This document shows positions 48,701 through 56,899 of a DNA stretch of 64,000 nt, one piece after another. The stretch lies in NCBI GenBank assembly GCA_963738405.1, contig CAVTWJ010000014.1, positions 96,001-160,000 on the forward strand, written 5' to 3'. The notes beneath the pieces were generated by a model. The model searched no databases, was not told where the DNA came from, and saw only the letters and a program-made list of their open reading frames with translations. The DNA is from a candidate division FCPU426 bacterium (GTDB lineage: Bacteria; Oederibacteriota; Muellerivitia; Muellerivitales; Muellerivitaceae). The position numbers and the translations under genes were made by a program. Numbering within the stretch: position 1 is the first letter of the stretch; each line of letters begins with the position of its first letter.

Positions 48701-49051
48701 GTATGGGCGCAGGTCGCCGGCCAGGTTCTTTTCATACTTGAAGGGATAGTGGAGGTAGTCCTCCTCCACGAAAAAATCGAAGGGGTTGATCCGGACCATT
48801 TGGGCCCTCAAGCCCACCCGGACTTCCAGTTCAAGGCAGGGTTCGGGCAGGACGATGCGGGCCGCGTAATTGCCGAAGGGATCCTGCTGCCAGTTCAAAA
48901 AATGTTTTTTGGGCTGGACCGAAAGAGCGTAGGAAAGGATGGGCGTGCGACAGTGGGGAGCGGGCTTGAGGCGGATCGTGTGGGGCCCCAGAGTCACGGG
49001 ACGGTCGAACCGGTAGAGCGTGAGATGTTCGAGATAGACCTGTGTCGACAT
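45791..49051 (-). CDS. Transglutaminase-like protein fused to DUF2126 (putative amidoligase)
   Basis: [80 protein letters not shown]. Confidence 0.93.
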   Translation of the reverse strand: [1086 protein letters not shown]

Positions 49052-49098
49052 GATTTCGCGGCTCCAATTGTAAAATAGAGAACGCCCAAGCCCTTCAT

Positions 49099-49114
49099 TG
49101 CAAGTTTCTTGCCC
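49099..49114 (-). promoter_or_regulatory. Probable sigma54 promoter of the DUF2126 gene
   Basis: Minus strand GGGCAA-GAAAC-TTGCA: GG-N10-GC spacing, about 48 nt upstream of the ATG. Confidence 0.6.
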
Positions 49115-49279
49115 AAGAATCCGGCCCCGGCCCCTGGAGTTCACGGTGATTCGGACAGAATTTTTGTTTACGGAGCCAAAAAAGAATGGCCTCTTGCCAA
49201 AAGTCTCCATTTTTGTCGATCAGACCACAAGCGCCCTTTTGGGCTATATTCAAGGGGTTTACATAGGTAAAATGTTGCC

Positions 49280-51046
49280 ATGTCGAATTTCTTTGCTCTC
49301 TCCTTCGATAACGTTTCGTCTCCCTCTCTGCGCCTAAAGGTTCCGCCTGAAAATGAGACCCCGAATGATTGGGGAATGGTTTGGTTTATGGGCGACGAGG
49401 GTCCAGCGACCTTGGTGCGGGGTTCGGGCGCCGGAGGAGAGGATTTAAAGCTGGTACTCTCCGACTGGAATCGGTTCCGGTCCGCTTCTTTTTTCGCCAT
49501 GGCCGGCGAAAGGCAAGCCGGCAAAAACATTCCCCCCTTCCTGCGCAGTTACGGCGGACGCCAGTTCGTTTTCATTTTCAGCGGAAACCTGAAAGGCGAT
49601 TTCAAAACCATCCTCTCCCTTGGAGGCGACCCCAGCTTCGAGCCGTTGGGCTCTTCGGGCATGGAACACGCCTTTTGCTGGCTCCTGCACCAATTGTTCC
49701 TAAAACAGGCGCGGCGTCTTTCCGACGTTCCCTGGAAAGATTTGCAAAGCTGGTTTAACGAAATCAATTCCATGGGCGAATTCAACTGCGTTCTCAGCGA
49801 CGGCAAGAACCTGGCGGCTTACCGGGACCGGGAAGGCCGGGGCGGCCTCTACAGCTTGCGACGAATTCCCCCGCACCCGCCGGGCCATCTAGAAAATGAA
49901 AATCTCACCATGAATCTGGACGACGAGATGGACACCAACCGTACCATTTATTTATTTTCGAGTGGCCCCTTATCCAACGAAAACTGGCAGCCCCTTTCAC
50001 CCGGGGGACTTTGCGTGATAAGACGCGGCCGCCTTTTATTTGACAGTTCTGCAACGGACCCAGCCCTTGGTACTACCTGGGCCCTCGTTGGCAGCCAGTC
50101 CCAGCAAACGACACTTTTCGTACCCCCACCTGCCGTCGTCAGAAAGGGTATGGATAAATGCGTCATGAACGTTTCTCATGAGACCACCTACCATTACCGC
50201 ATGCCCGTGGAGCGGTCCACCCACCTGCTTCGGTTGCGCCCGGTCCAAGACCGTTTTCAGGAACTCCTGGAGTTTAAACTCGAGGTATCGGTCGAAGGCC
50301 GCCGCCAAGAATTTCAGGACGTTTACGGAAATTCCATCCTTCAATTGGAAGTGGAAAAGCCCTTCACCGAAATGGTCGTGCGTTCTTTTTCCCGGGTCCG
50401 CCTCACCGAGGGCCCGGCCCGCTGGTTCACCCTGGCGCCGAAGCGCGAGGAACTGCCCGTGGTTTGGATGCCCGGACAGCGCCAGACCATGCTTCCCTTC
50501 CTTCTTCCGCCCGAGCTTCCCGAGACCCAGCTGAAGGAACTAACCGAATATGCCATGGGCTTCGCCCAGCGAAACGACATGGTACTTTTGGACACCCTGA
50601 TGGACATGAACCAAACCATCCACGACGACTACGCCTATGTGACTGGATCCACCCACAATAACACCACTCCCTTTGAGGTCTACACCAGCCGCCAGGGCGT
50701 CTGCCAGGATTTCGCCAACCTTTTCATCTGCCTGGCCCGGCTTTTGAATCTGCCCGCCCGCTACCGGGTGGGTTACATCTATACGGGAGGCAACTACGAG
50801 AACAAGATCTGGTCCGAAGCCTCCCACGCATGGGTGGAACTTTACCTTCCCAATTGCGGCTGGTGCGGGTTCGACCCCACCAACGGAAGCATCGTGGACC
50901 TGGACCATGTCCGGGTGGCCTGCGGAAGGAACTACTTGGACGCCACACCCACCTCGGGCACCCTCTATAAAGGCGGCGGCCCCGAAACACTGAATGTTTC
51001 CGTCCGCATCGAGATGGACCCGCCGCAGCAACAACACCAATATTAA
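49280..51046 (+). CDS. Class II glutamine amidotransferase-like (YafJ/EgtC-type) domain fused to a transglutaminase
   Basis: N-domain DWG..W, PFLRSYGGR, EHAFCWLL, NCVLSDG; C-domain HETTYHY, GVCQDFAN, SHAWVE and FDPTN. Confidence 0.85.
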   Translation: MSNFFALSFDNVSSPSLRLKVPPENETPNDWGMVWFMGDEGPATLVRGSGAGGEDLKLVLSDWNRFRSASFFAMAGERQAGKNIPPFLRSYGGRQFVFIFSGNLKGDFKTILSLGGDPSFEPLGSSGMEHAFCWLLHQLFLKQARRLSDVPWKDLQSWFNEINSMGEFNCVLSDGKNLAAYRDREGRGGLYSLRRIPPHPPGHLENENLTMNLDDEMDTNRTIYLFSSGPLSNENWQPLSPGGLCVIRRGRLLFDSSATDPALGTTWALVGSQSQQTTLFVPPPAVVRKGMDKCVMNVSHETTYHYRMPVERSTHLLRLRPVQDRFQELLEFKLEVSVEGRRQEFQDVYGNSILQLEVEKPFTEMVVRSFSRVRLTEGPARWFTLAPKREELPVVWMPGQRQTMLPFLLPPELPETQLKELTEYAMGFAQRNDMVLLDTLMDMNQTIHDDYAYVTGSTHNNTTPFEVYTSRQGVCQDFANLFICLARLLNLPARYRVGYIYTGGNYENKIWSEASHAWVELYLPNCGWCGFDPTNGSIVDLDHVRVACGRNYLDATPTSGTLYKGGGPETLNVSVRIEMDPPQQQHQY

Positions 51047-51687
51047 ATATTATTTTTTTTGTTAAGAATGGATTGGTCCTTTTTGGGCCGCTGGGCGGTT
51101 TTCGACTTTTTCGGCAAACAACTCAAAACCGCTTCGGTTTCTTTCTCGGTCAGATAGCGCCATTGGCCTGGTTCTAAATCCAATCCGATTGGGCCAATCG
51201 ATACCCGATGAAGATCGATCACCCTGAAAAAGCGATTGAAGGTTGTATCTTTAAAACACCCAAAGATCCGGCGGATCTGCCGGTTTTTCCCCCCGTCTAA
51301 GGTCATTTGCACCAAACAGTTCGGCCCCGTGACCCCGAGAACCCGAATAGCCTTGGCCTTCAGAATCCCCAGCGGGGTTTCGATTCCTTTCAAAACTTGC
51401 TGCAGATGCTCTGCACTCAAATGACCCTTCACCCAAACCTCATAGACCTTGGGGATATTGCCGGGGGTTTGCAAAAGACGGACAAGAGACCCTTCCCGGA
51501 CAAAGAGCAGAAGACCGCTGGAGTCCTTATCCAATCTCCCGACCGGCACCCAACCCTGAGTATGGAGTTCTTCCGGCAGGAGCCCGTAAACGGTTTGGGA
51601 GCCCTTTTGGTTTTCGCCGTCAAATCGAAGAGGGCGGGTGACTTCATAGCCCTTAGGCTTATGGAGGATGAGGAATCTTTCGTTCAC
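51043..51687 (-). CDS. RsuA/RluB/RluE-family RNA pseudouridine synthase
   Basis: HKPKG, PVGRLDKDSSGLLL, GKNRQIRR and LHRVSIG. Confidence 0.92.
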   Translation of the reverse strand: MNERFLILHKPKGYEVTRPLRFDGENQKGSQTVYGLLPEELHTQGWVPVGRLDKDSSGLLLFVREGSLVRLLQTPGNIPKVYEVWVKGHLSAEHLQQVLKGIETPLGILKAKAIRVLGVTGPNCLVQMTLDGGKNRQIRRIFGCFKDTTFNRFFRVIDLHRVSIGPIGLDLEPGQWRYLTEKETEAVLSCLPKKSKTAQRPKKDQSILNKKNNI

Positions 51688-51699
51688 CCAGACAGGGTA

Positions 51700-53058
51700 C
51701 TAGAAAAAGATGAAGGTCAGCAGAATGAAGATGGGGATCAAAACAGCCCCGGACCAAAGCATGTAGCCCCCGAAAGAGGGCATACGAACCCGGGATTGCT
51801 CGGCGATGGCGCGCACCATGAAGTTGGGGCCGTTGCCGATATAGCTGTTGGCGCCCATCAGCACCGATCCGCATGAAACGGCGGCCAACAACTGGGGGGC
51901 CTGTTTGGCCAGCTCGCCTAGATGGTCCGTAGAAAGACCATTCTGCCCCGCCGCCAGGGCGGCGTAGCTGAGGTAGGTCGGGGCGTTATCCAGAAAACTG
52001 CTCAAGGCCCCGGACAGCCAGAAATAGGCCCAGGAATGGCTCAGGGCCAGGGCCTTGCCTTTGGCCTCCAGCAAGGTCAGCGCCGGGATCATGGAGCCGA
52101 AGATTCCAAAAAAGAGAACCATCACCTCAATGAAGGGCGCGAAGGAAAACTGGTTTTCCTCGTGGATTTCCTTCGGGGTCTTGTAATAAGAAAGAAGCCC
52201 CAGGGAAAACATGACGATAATCTGGAAGATTTTGGAGGCGTCCACCCCGCGGGCGCCCCAATGGGCCTCCAGCACGGGGTTCAGAAAATAACCCGACACC
52301 AGCACCGTGGATAAGATGCCGAAAAGGCAGGCAACGCTCAAGCGGCCCTTCACCTGGATGGGCTGCTCCGCTTCCTGGATGGCCTGGATCAGGGACCCTC
52401 GGACATGGGTTTCCTCGCCGTCGAAAATTTTGTCGTCAATCAGGTGAAAGACGAACAGCAAAATCAAAAGCGTCAGGGACCAAACGGGAATCAGGCGGAA
52501 GGTCCAAAAAAAGGGCACCCCCCTCAGGAACCCCAGGTAGAGGGGCGGATCGCCCAAAGGCGTTAGCAGCCCCCCGCAGTTGGAGACGATGAAGATAAAA
52601 AAGACCACCACGTGGGTTTTGTGGCGACGCATGAGGTTGGCGCGAAGCAGCGGACGGATCAGGACCATGCTGGCCCCGGTGGTGCCCAAAAGGCTGGCCA
52701 AAATGGCGCCCAACCCCAGAAAGAGGGTGTTGATATAGGGAAGTCCCGCGAAGGCGCCGGAGATATATATGCCCCCGCTGACGGTAAAAAGCGAACCTAC
52801 CAGCGCCAAAAAAGCCAGGTAGTCCAAGTAGGTTTCAAGCACCTTCGTGATGTCGCCCGAGGGCCGAAGATAAAGGAAGACCCCGGCGCCCGCGCAGGCC
52901 CCGGCCAGCAGAAACTTGTTGCCCATGCTTTCCCACCAGCGGGAAATGCCGGGAATAAATGGGAAAGTCGCCGTCGCAAATAAGAGAAACACGAAGGGAA
53001 GAAAGTGCAAAAAGGCGGTGAAACCGTCCATTTGCTGCCAGTAATTCATGGAGTCCAT
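51700..53058 (-). CDS. Putative sodium:proton antiporter (IT superfamily)
   Basis: GTTGASMVLIRPLLRAN, GGLLTPLGDPPLYLGFLRGV, SSFLDNAPTY and YIGNGPNFMV. Confidence 0.85.
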   Translation of the reverse strand: MDSMNYWQQMDGFTAFLHFLPFVFLLFATATFPFIPGISRWWESMGNKFLLAGACAGAGVFLYLRPSGDITKVLETYLDYLAFLALVGSLFTVSGGIYISGAFAGLPYINTLFLGLGAILASLLGTTGASMVLIRPLLRANLMRRHKTHVVVFFIFIVSNCGGLLTPLGDPPLYLGFLRGVPFFWTFRLIPVWSLTLLILLFVFHLIDDKIFDGEETHVRGSLIQAIQEAEQPIQVKGRLSVACLFGILSTVLVSGYFLNPVLEAHWGARGVDASKIFQIIVMFSLGLLSYYKTPKEIHEENQFSFAPFIEVMVLFFGIFGSMIPALTLLEAKGKALALSHSWAYFWLSGALSSFLDNAPTYLSYAALAAGQNGLSTDHLGELAKQAPQLLAAVSCGSVLMGANSYIGNGPNFMVRAIAEQSRVRMPSFGGYMLWSGAVLIPIFILLTFIFF

Positions 53059-53100
53059 TGAAATCCTTCCGATTTACAAACTTCGGTTATCCCCGACCTG

Positions 53101-53442
53101 CTACCTCACCACCGCGTCGCCCTCTTCCCCGCTGCTGATCTTGTAGGCTTGCTCGACGCGGTGGACGAAAATTTTTCCGTCGCCCTTCTTGCCCGTCCGG
53201 GCCGATTGCAGAATGGTCTGAATGATGCGCTCCCCCTCCTCATCCACGGCCACTATCTCCAGTTTCATCTTGGGAAGGGTGTCGACCTTGATGGCCCGGC
53301 CCAGCCAATTTTGGGTAACCCCCATCTGCTTGCCGTGGCCCCTCACCTCGGTGATGGTGATGCCCGGGTAATCGGCCTCTTCCAGGGCTTCCTTCACCCT
53401 CTCGAAAGCCGAGGGTTGGATAATGGCTTCGATTTTTTTCAT
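53101..53442 (-). CDS. P-II family protein, divergent
   Basis: MKKIEAII, GHGKQMG, LPKMKLEIV and TGKKGDGKIFV. Confidence 0.92.
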   Translation of the reverse strand: MKKIEAIIQPSAFERVKEALEEADYPGITITEVRGHGKQMGVTQNWLGRAIKVDTLPKMKLEIVAVDEEGERIIQTILQSARTGKKGDGKIFVHRVEQAYKISSGEEGDAVVR

Positions 53443-53558
53443 TCCAAACCCCAGTTGACGGATATCCTTCCCCGTGAAAGGTCCCGGCTTCAAAAAAAAA
53501 GGGTTAACCCCGAGCGGTTAACCCCCGTACTCCCCACGAGGGAACAACAATCCATTGT

Positions 53559-53900
53559 TTAAGAAACGGCTGTGTCGCCCGTTTCCCCGCTGCTGATGCG
53601 ATAGACCTCATCGATGGTGTAGACGAATATCTTCCCATCCCCCACGCTTCCGCTGGAGGCGCTGGTGAGGATGGACTTCACCAGTTTTTCCACCTCAGAG
53701 TCGGGCGCCACGATTTCCAGCTTCAATTTGGGCAGAAACTCAACCTTGTACTTGTAACCTCGAAACTGTTGGGACAGGCCCTTTTGCTTGCCGTGACCTT
53801 CGACTTCGGTAAGGGTGACCCCCGTGTAACCCGCTAACTCCAGGGCTTTCTTCACGCTGTCGAACTTTTCGGGCCGGATAATGGCTTCGATCTTTTTCAC
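53559..53900 (-). CDS. glnK: P-II nitrogen regulator GlnK
   Basis: GTG start with AAGGAG RBS; GHGKQKG..FRGYKY(51)..FLPK and GDGKIFV; downstream of amtB. Confidence 0.93.
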   Translation of the reverse strand: MKKIEAIIRPEKFDSVKKALELAGYTGVTLTEVEGHGKQKGLSQQFRGYKYKVEFLPKLKLEIVAPDSEVEKLVKSILTSASSGSVGDGKIFVYTIDEVYRISSGETGDTAVS

Positions 53901-54069
53901 AAAAGCTCCTTAAGAACATGTTTCAAAAACAAAACCAGCGCATTTTTTACCACCCAGACGCCAAAACACAACGAATATTACATTCGTTTTAAAGGTTTTT
54001 ACCTTCTTTTTGAGCCTTCGCGACTTAGTGGAAAAATAAGTCTTTTTCTTTTTCGAACCGCCTAAATAT

Positions 54070-54100
54070 GAAAAAGTCCCCCTTTTGGGGGGACTTTTTC
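54070..54100 (-). terminator. Terminator-like hairpin after amtB2
   Basis: gaaaaagtccccc-tttt-ggggggactttttc. Confidence 0.75.
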
Positions 54101-54128
54101 GACCTCAATCTCTTTAAAGCTGTACTAA

Positions 54129-55799
54129 TTAATGAGCTGTGACGTTTTCGGAAGCCTTGTCCATCTTGATTCCGCAATATCCCACAGTGCCCATCTCGGG
54201 TATGTCCAACCCCTCGATTTCGGTTTCGGGAGAGACGCGGTTTCCAACGATCTTTTCAACGACCATGAAGACGACCCACGAAATGACCGACAAGGTTATG
54301 AAACAGGTCACCACGCCGATACATTGGGCGATGAACTGGGAAGCGTCCCCGTAGAACAACCCGGTCACGCCCTTCAAGTTGCCAGCCGCCGAGGTGGTGT
54401 TCAAGTAACTGGAAGCTCCCACGCCGTTCCAGCCTTGTCCGTAGGTACCGTCAGCGAAGAGGCCGAGGGAGATACAACCCCAGGCTCCATTGGTTCCATG
54501 GACCGAGATGGCTCCGACTGGATCGTCCACTTTCAGGACGCGTTCCACAAAGAAGCAGCTCTCGATAACCAAGATGCCTGAAACAACGCCGATGATGCAG
54601 GCGCCGGGGGCGTTCACGAAGGCCGAAGGACCGGTGATGGCCACGAGGCCCGCCAGCATACCGTTCACCATCATGCCCGGATCCGGCTTACCTGCACGGA
54701 TCCAAATCCAAATCATGGAGAACAAGGCGCCGGTGGCGGAAGCCAACATGGTGTTGACCGCGACCACCGAGATGCGCAGGTCCGCGCCGGCCAGGGTGGA
54801 ACCGGGGTTGAACCCGAACCAGCCGAAGGCCAGGATGAAGCAACCCGCGATCGCCATGGGCATGTTATGCGCCGGGATGGCGTTGGCCGTGCCGTTCTTA
54901 TTGAACTTGCCGATACGGGGCCCGATGATCAGGGCGCCGATCAAGGCGATCACGCCGCCTTGCATATGCACCACAGTGGAACCGGCGAAGTCGGTATAGC
55001 CGTGGCCCAGGCCGAAGTTGGCGCCCAATTGGGCCAGCCAGCCGCCGCCCCAGACCCAGTTACCGAACACCGGATACATGATGGTTCCGATGGCAACCCC
55101 ATAAAGGCAGAAAGCCGACCATTTCCAGCGTTCCGCCATGGCTCCCGTGGGAATAGTAGCCGTGGTATCCATGAACACCATCTGGAACAGGAAGAGGGTG
55201 AAAACACCGACGTCATAGGCCGGGCCCGTCAAGAAATACCCGACGTTTCCGATCATGCCGAAGGGCTTGCCGAAAAGCGTCCAGGTGATTTCATTACTGA
55301 GGCCGGCGTACCCGCCCAAGGTTCCAAGGGAGCCCAGGCCGCCGAACATGAAGGCGAAACCGCAGACATAGAACCCCAGCATCCCGAAGGGATAGATCAT
55401 GAAGTTCATGGTCATGGTATGGTTCACGTTCTTGGCGCGGGTCATGCCCGTTTCCACCATGGCGAACCCTGCCTGCATGAACATGACCAAATAACCGGTC
55501 ACCAAGGTCCAGACAATGTTGATCGCCACGCGGTTATGGCCGACAGCGGCCGCCAATTCCAGCACGGTCGGATTCTTGATGTCTTTAAAGCTGTTAAAGC
55601 CAGTCAAGTCCGAGATCCCGCCGGTATTCGAACCGTTCGGGTCCGCCGCCTGAGGCGCCGGTGTTGCCGCGGGAGCCGCAGCAGCTGGCGCCGCCGCCGG
55701 AGCCGCCGTCTGAGCGTTCACCACGACCGGTACCGCTAGTACCAGGAGATAGTAAAGCATCAACGAGATGCTCCCTATCTTTCTAATTTTTGCCAACAT
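54129..55799 (-). CDS. amtB: Ammonium transporter (copy 2, distinct subtype)
   Basis: LVMFMQAGFAMVETG..RAKN, FQMVFMDTTATIPTGAMAER, DFAGSTVVH, FGWFGFNPGS and DDPVGAISVHG. Confidence 0.96.
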   Translation of the reverse strand: MLAKIRKIGSISLMLYYLLVLAVPVVVNAQTAAPAAAPAAAAPAATPAPQAADPNGSNTGGISDLTGFNSFKDIKNPTVLELAAAVGHNRVAINIVWTLVTGYLVMFMQAGFAMVETGMTRAKNVNHTMTMNFMIYPFGMLGFYVCGFAFMFGGLGSLGTLGGYAGLSNEITWTLFGKPFGMIGNVGYFLTGPAYDVGVFTLFLFQMVFMDTTATIPTGAMAERWKWSAFCLYGVAIGTIMYPVFGNWVWGGGWLAQLGANFGLGHGYTDFAGSTVVHMQGGVIALIGALIIGPRIGKFNKNGTANAIPAHNMPMAIAGCFILAFGWFGFNPGSTLAGADLRISVVAVNTMLASATGALFSMIWIWIRAGKPDPGMMVNGMLAGLVAITGPSAFVNAPGACIIGVVSGILVIESCFFVERVLKVDDPVGAISVHGTNGAWGCISLGLFADGTYGQGWNGVGASSYLNTTSAAGNLKGVTGLFYGDASQFIAQCIGVVTCFITLSVISWVVFMVVEKIVGNRVSPETEIEGLDIPEMGTVGYCGIKMDKASENVTAH

Positions 55800-55907
55800 A
55801 CTCTACCTCCTTGTGGTTTAGAAACTTTCCTTTCGCCCTCATCGGGCGAAAGGGTCCTTCAACTCGACCCGGGGCCAGGACTGAACCCCTACAGTTCCGA
55901 GTGAAAA

Positions 55908-55923
55908 AGCAAGCCTTGTGCCA
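55908..55923 (-). promoter_or_regulatory. Sigma54 promoter of amtB2
   Basis: Minus strand TGGCAC-AAGGC-TTGCT, a consensus match. Confidence 0.85.
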
Positions 55924-56260
55924 TTTTTTGAAAATGACATTCGAACAAGTAAATAATTCATAAATATTTGATTTTTGCGAGTAAACGAATCGTTTGTATT
56001 AGACCTAAATTGCTACATAATTGTACAAGACGACAAATAGGTGTTGTTTAGCTTATTTGAATGTTCCCAGGTTCACGGGCCTTTGAATCCAACAGTTTCA
56101 AAATAATAAATTTGTTTTGTTCCATCTCGAGTTCGGTTTTTTGGTTTAAGGCACATGAAAGAAATATCAACGCATCGAAGAGCCTTGGCTTTAGAATCAT
56201 TCGGCTCGTACGATTCCCCAACAAGGGGAGAAAGTTATTAAAAGTGAGAGGTACTGTTAA

Positions 56261-56842
56261 ATGAAACTCGGAATTACTTTTTACCGCTTCGGCATTCTCG
56301 GTTTTCTTTTTGCCCCGGGGGTTCTGCTGGGAGAGCCGCTCAAGACTTTATTGGCTCAAAACCATTCGATGCTGACCACCTATATCTTGCTCTACGGTTT
56401 TCCTGCCTTAGTGGGCTTTACCATGCTGACCATGACGGAGGAAGGTTTTCGAAACCCGCCGGATCCAGTGGCCCGCCTCCTCAACGGCCTATCAGCCCTA
56501 ACGGTTTTCTGGCTGATCCTTTGGTGTGTCATTTGGGCCGGATTGGACGCTAAAGCCGGCAATCAAGCCGACCTCATCGTCAAATATATGGGCTTCATTA
56601 ATCTTTTGGGACCCTTGGTGGGCGCCGTCATTTATGGGTGGGGTTGGAAAGCGATTGATCTTTCCCAACGGACTTTGCGTTTCCTGATGGCCATCGGCTG
56701 GAACGTAAGTTTCATGAGCATGATGAACCTGCATTTAGACCCGACCATGGGACACTTAAAAGGTCCCGGCATCGGCGGATTGCTGGTGATGTCGGGGGTC
56801 TACCTGATTATGGGCGATTTAAAACGAAGCGCGAAAAAATAA
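56261..56842 (+). CDS. Polytopic membrane hypothetical protein
   Basis: 5-6 hydrophobic helices; GAGAGG RBS. Confidence 0.65.
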   Translation: MKLGITFYRFGILGFLFAPGVLLGEPLKTLLAQNHSMLTTYILLYGFPALVGFTMLTMTEEGFRNPPDPVARLLNGLSALTVFWLILWCVIWAGLDAKAGNQADLIVKYMGFINLLGPLVGAVIYGWGWKAIDLSQRTLRFLMAIGWNVSFMSMMNLHLDPTMGHLKGPGIGGLLVMSGVYLIMGDLKRSAKK

Positions 56843-56899
56843 AACTTTCGTCGTTTTTTCATGCTCTTTGGGATTAGTCGGTTCTTTGCGATTGAAGCT

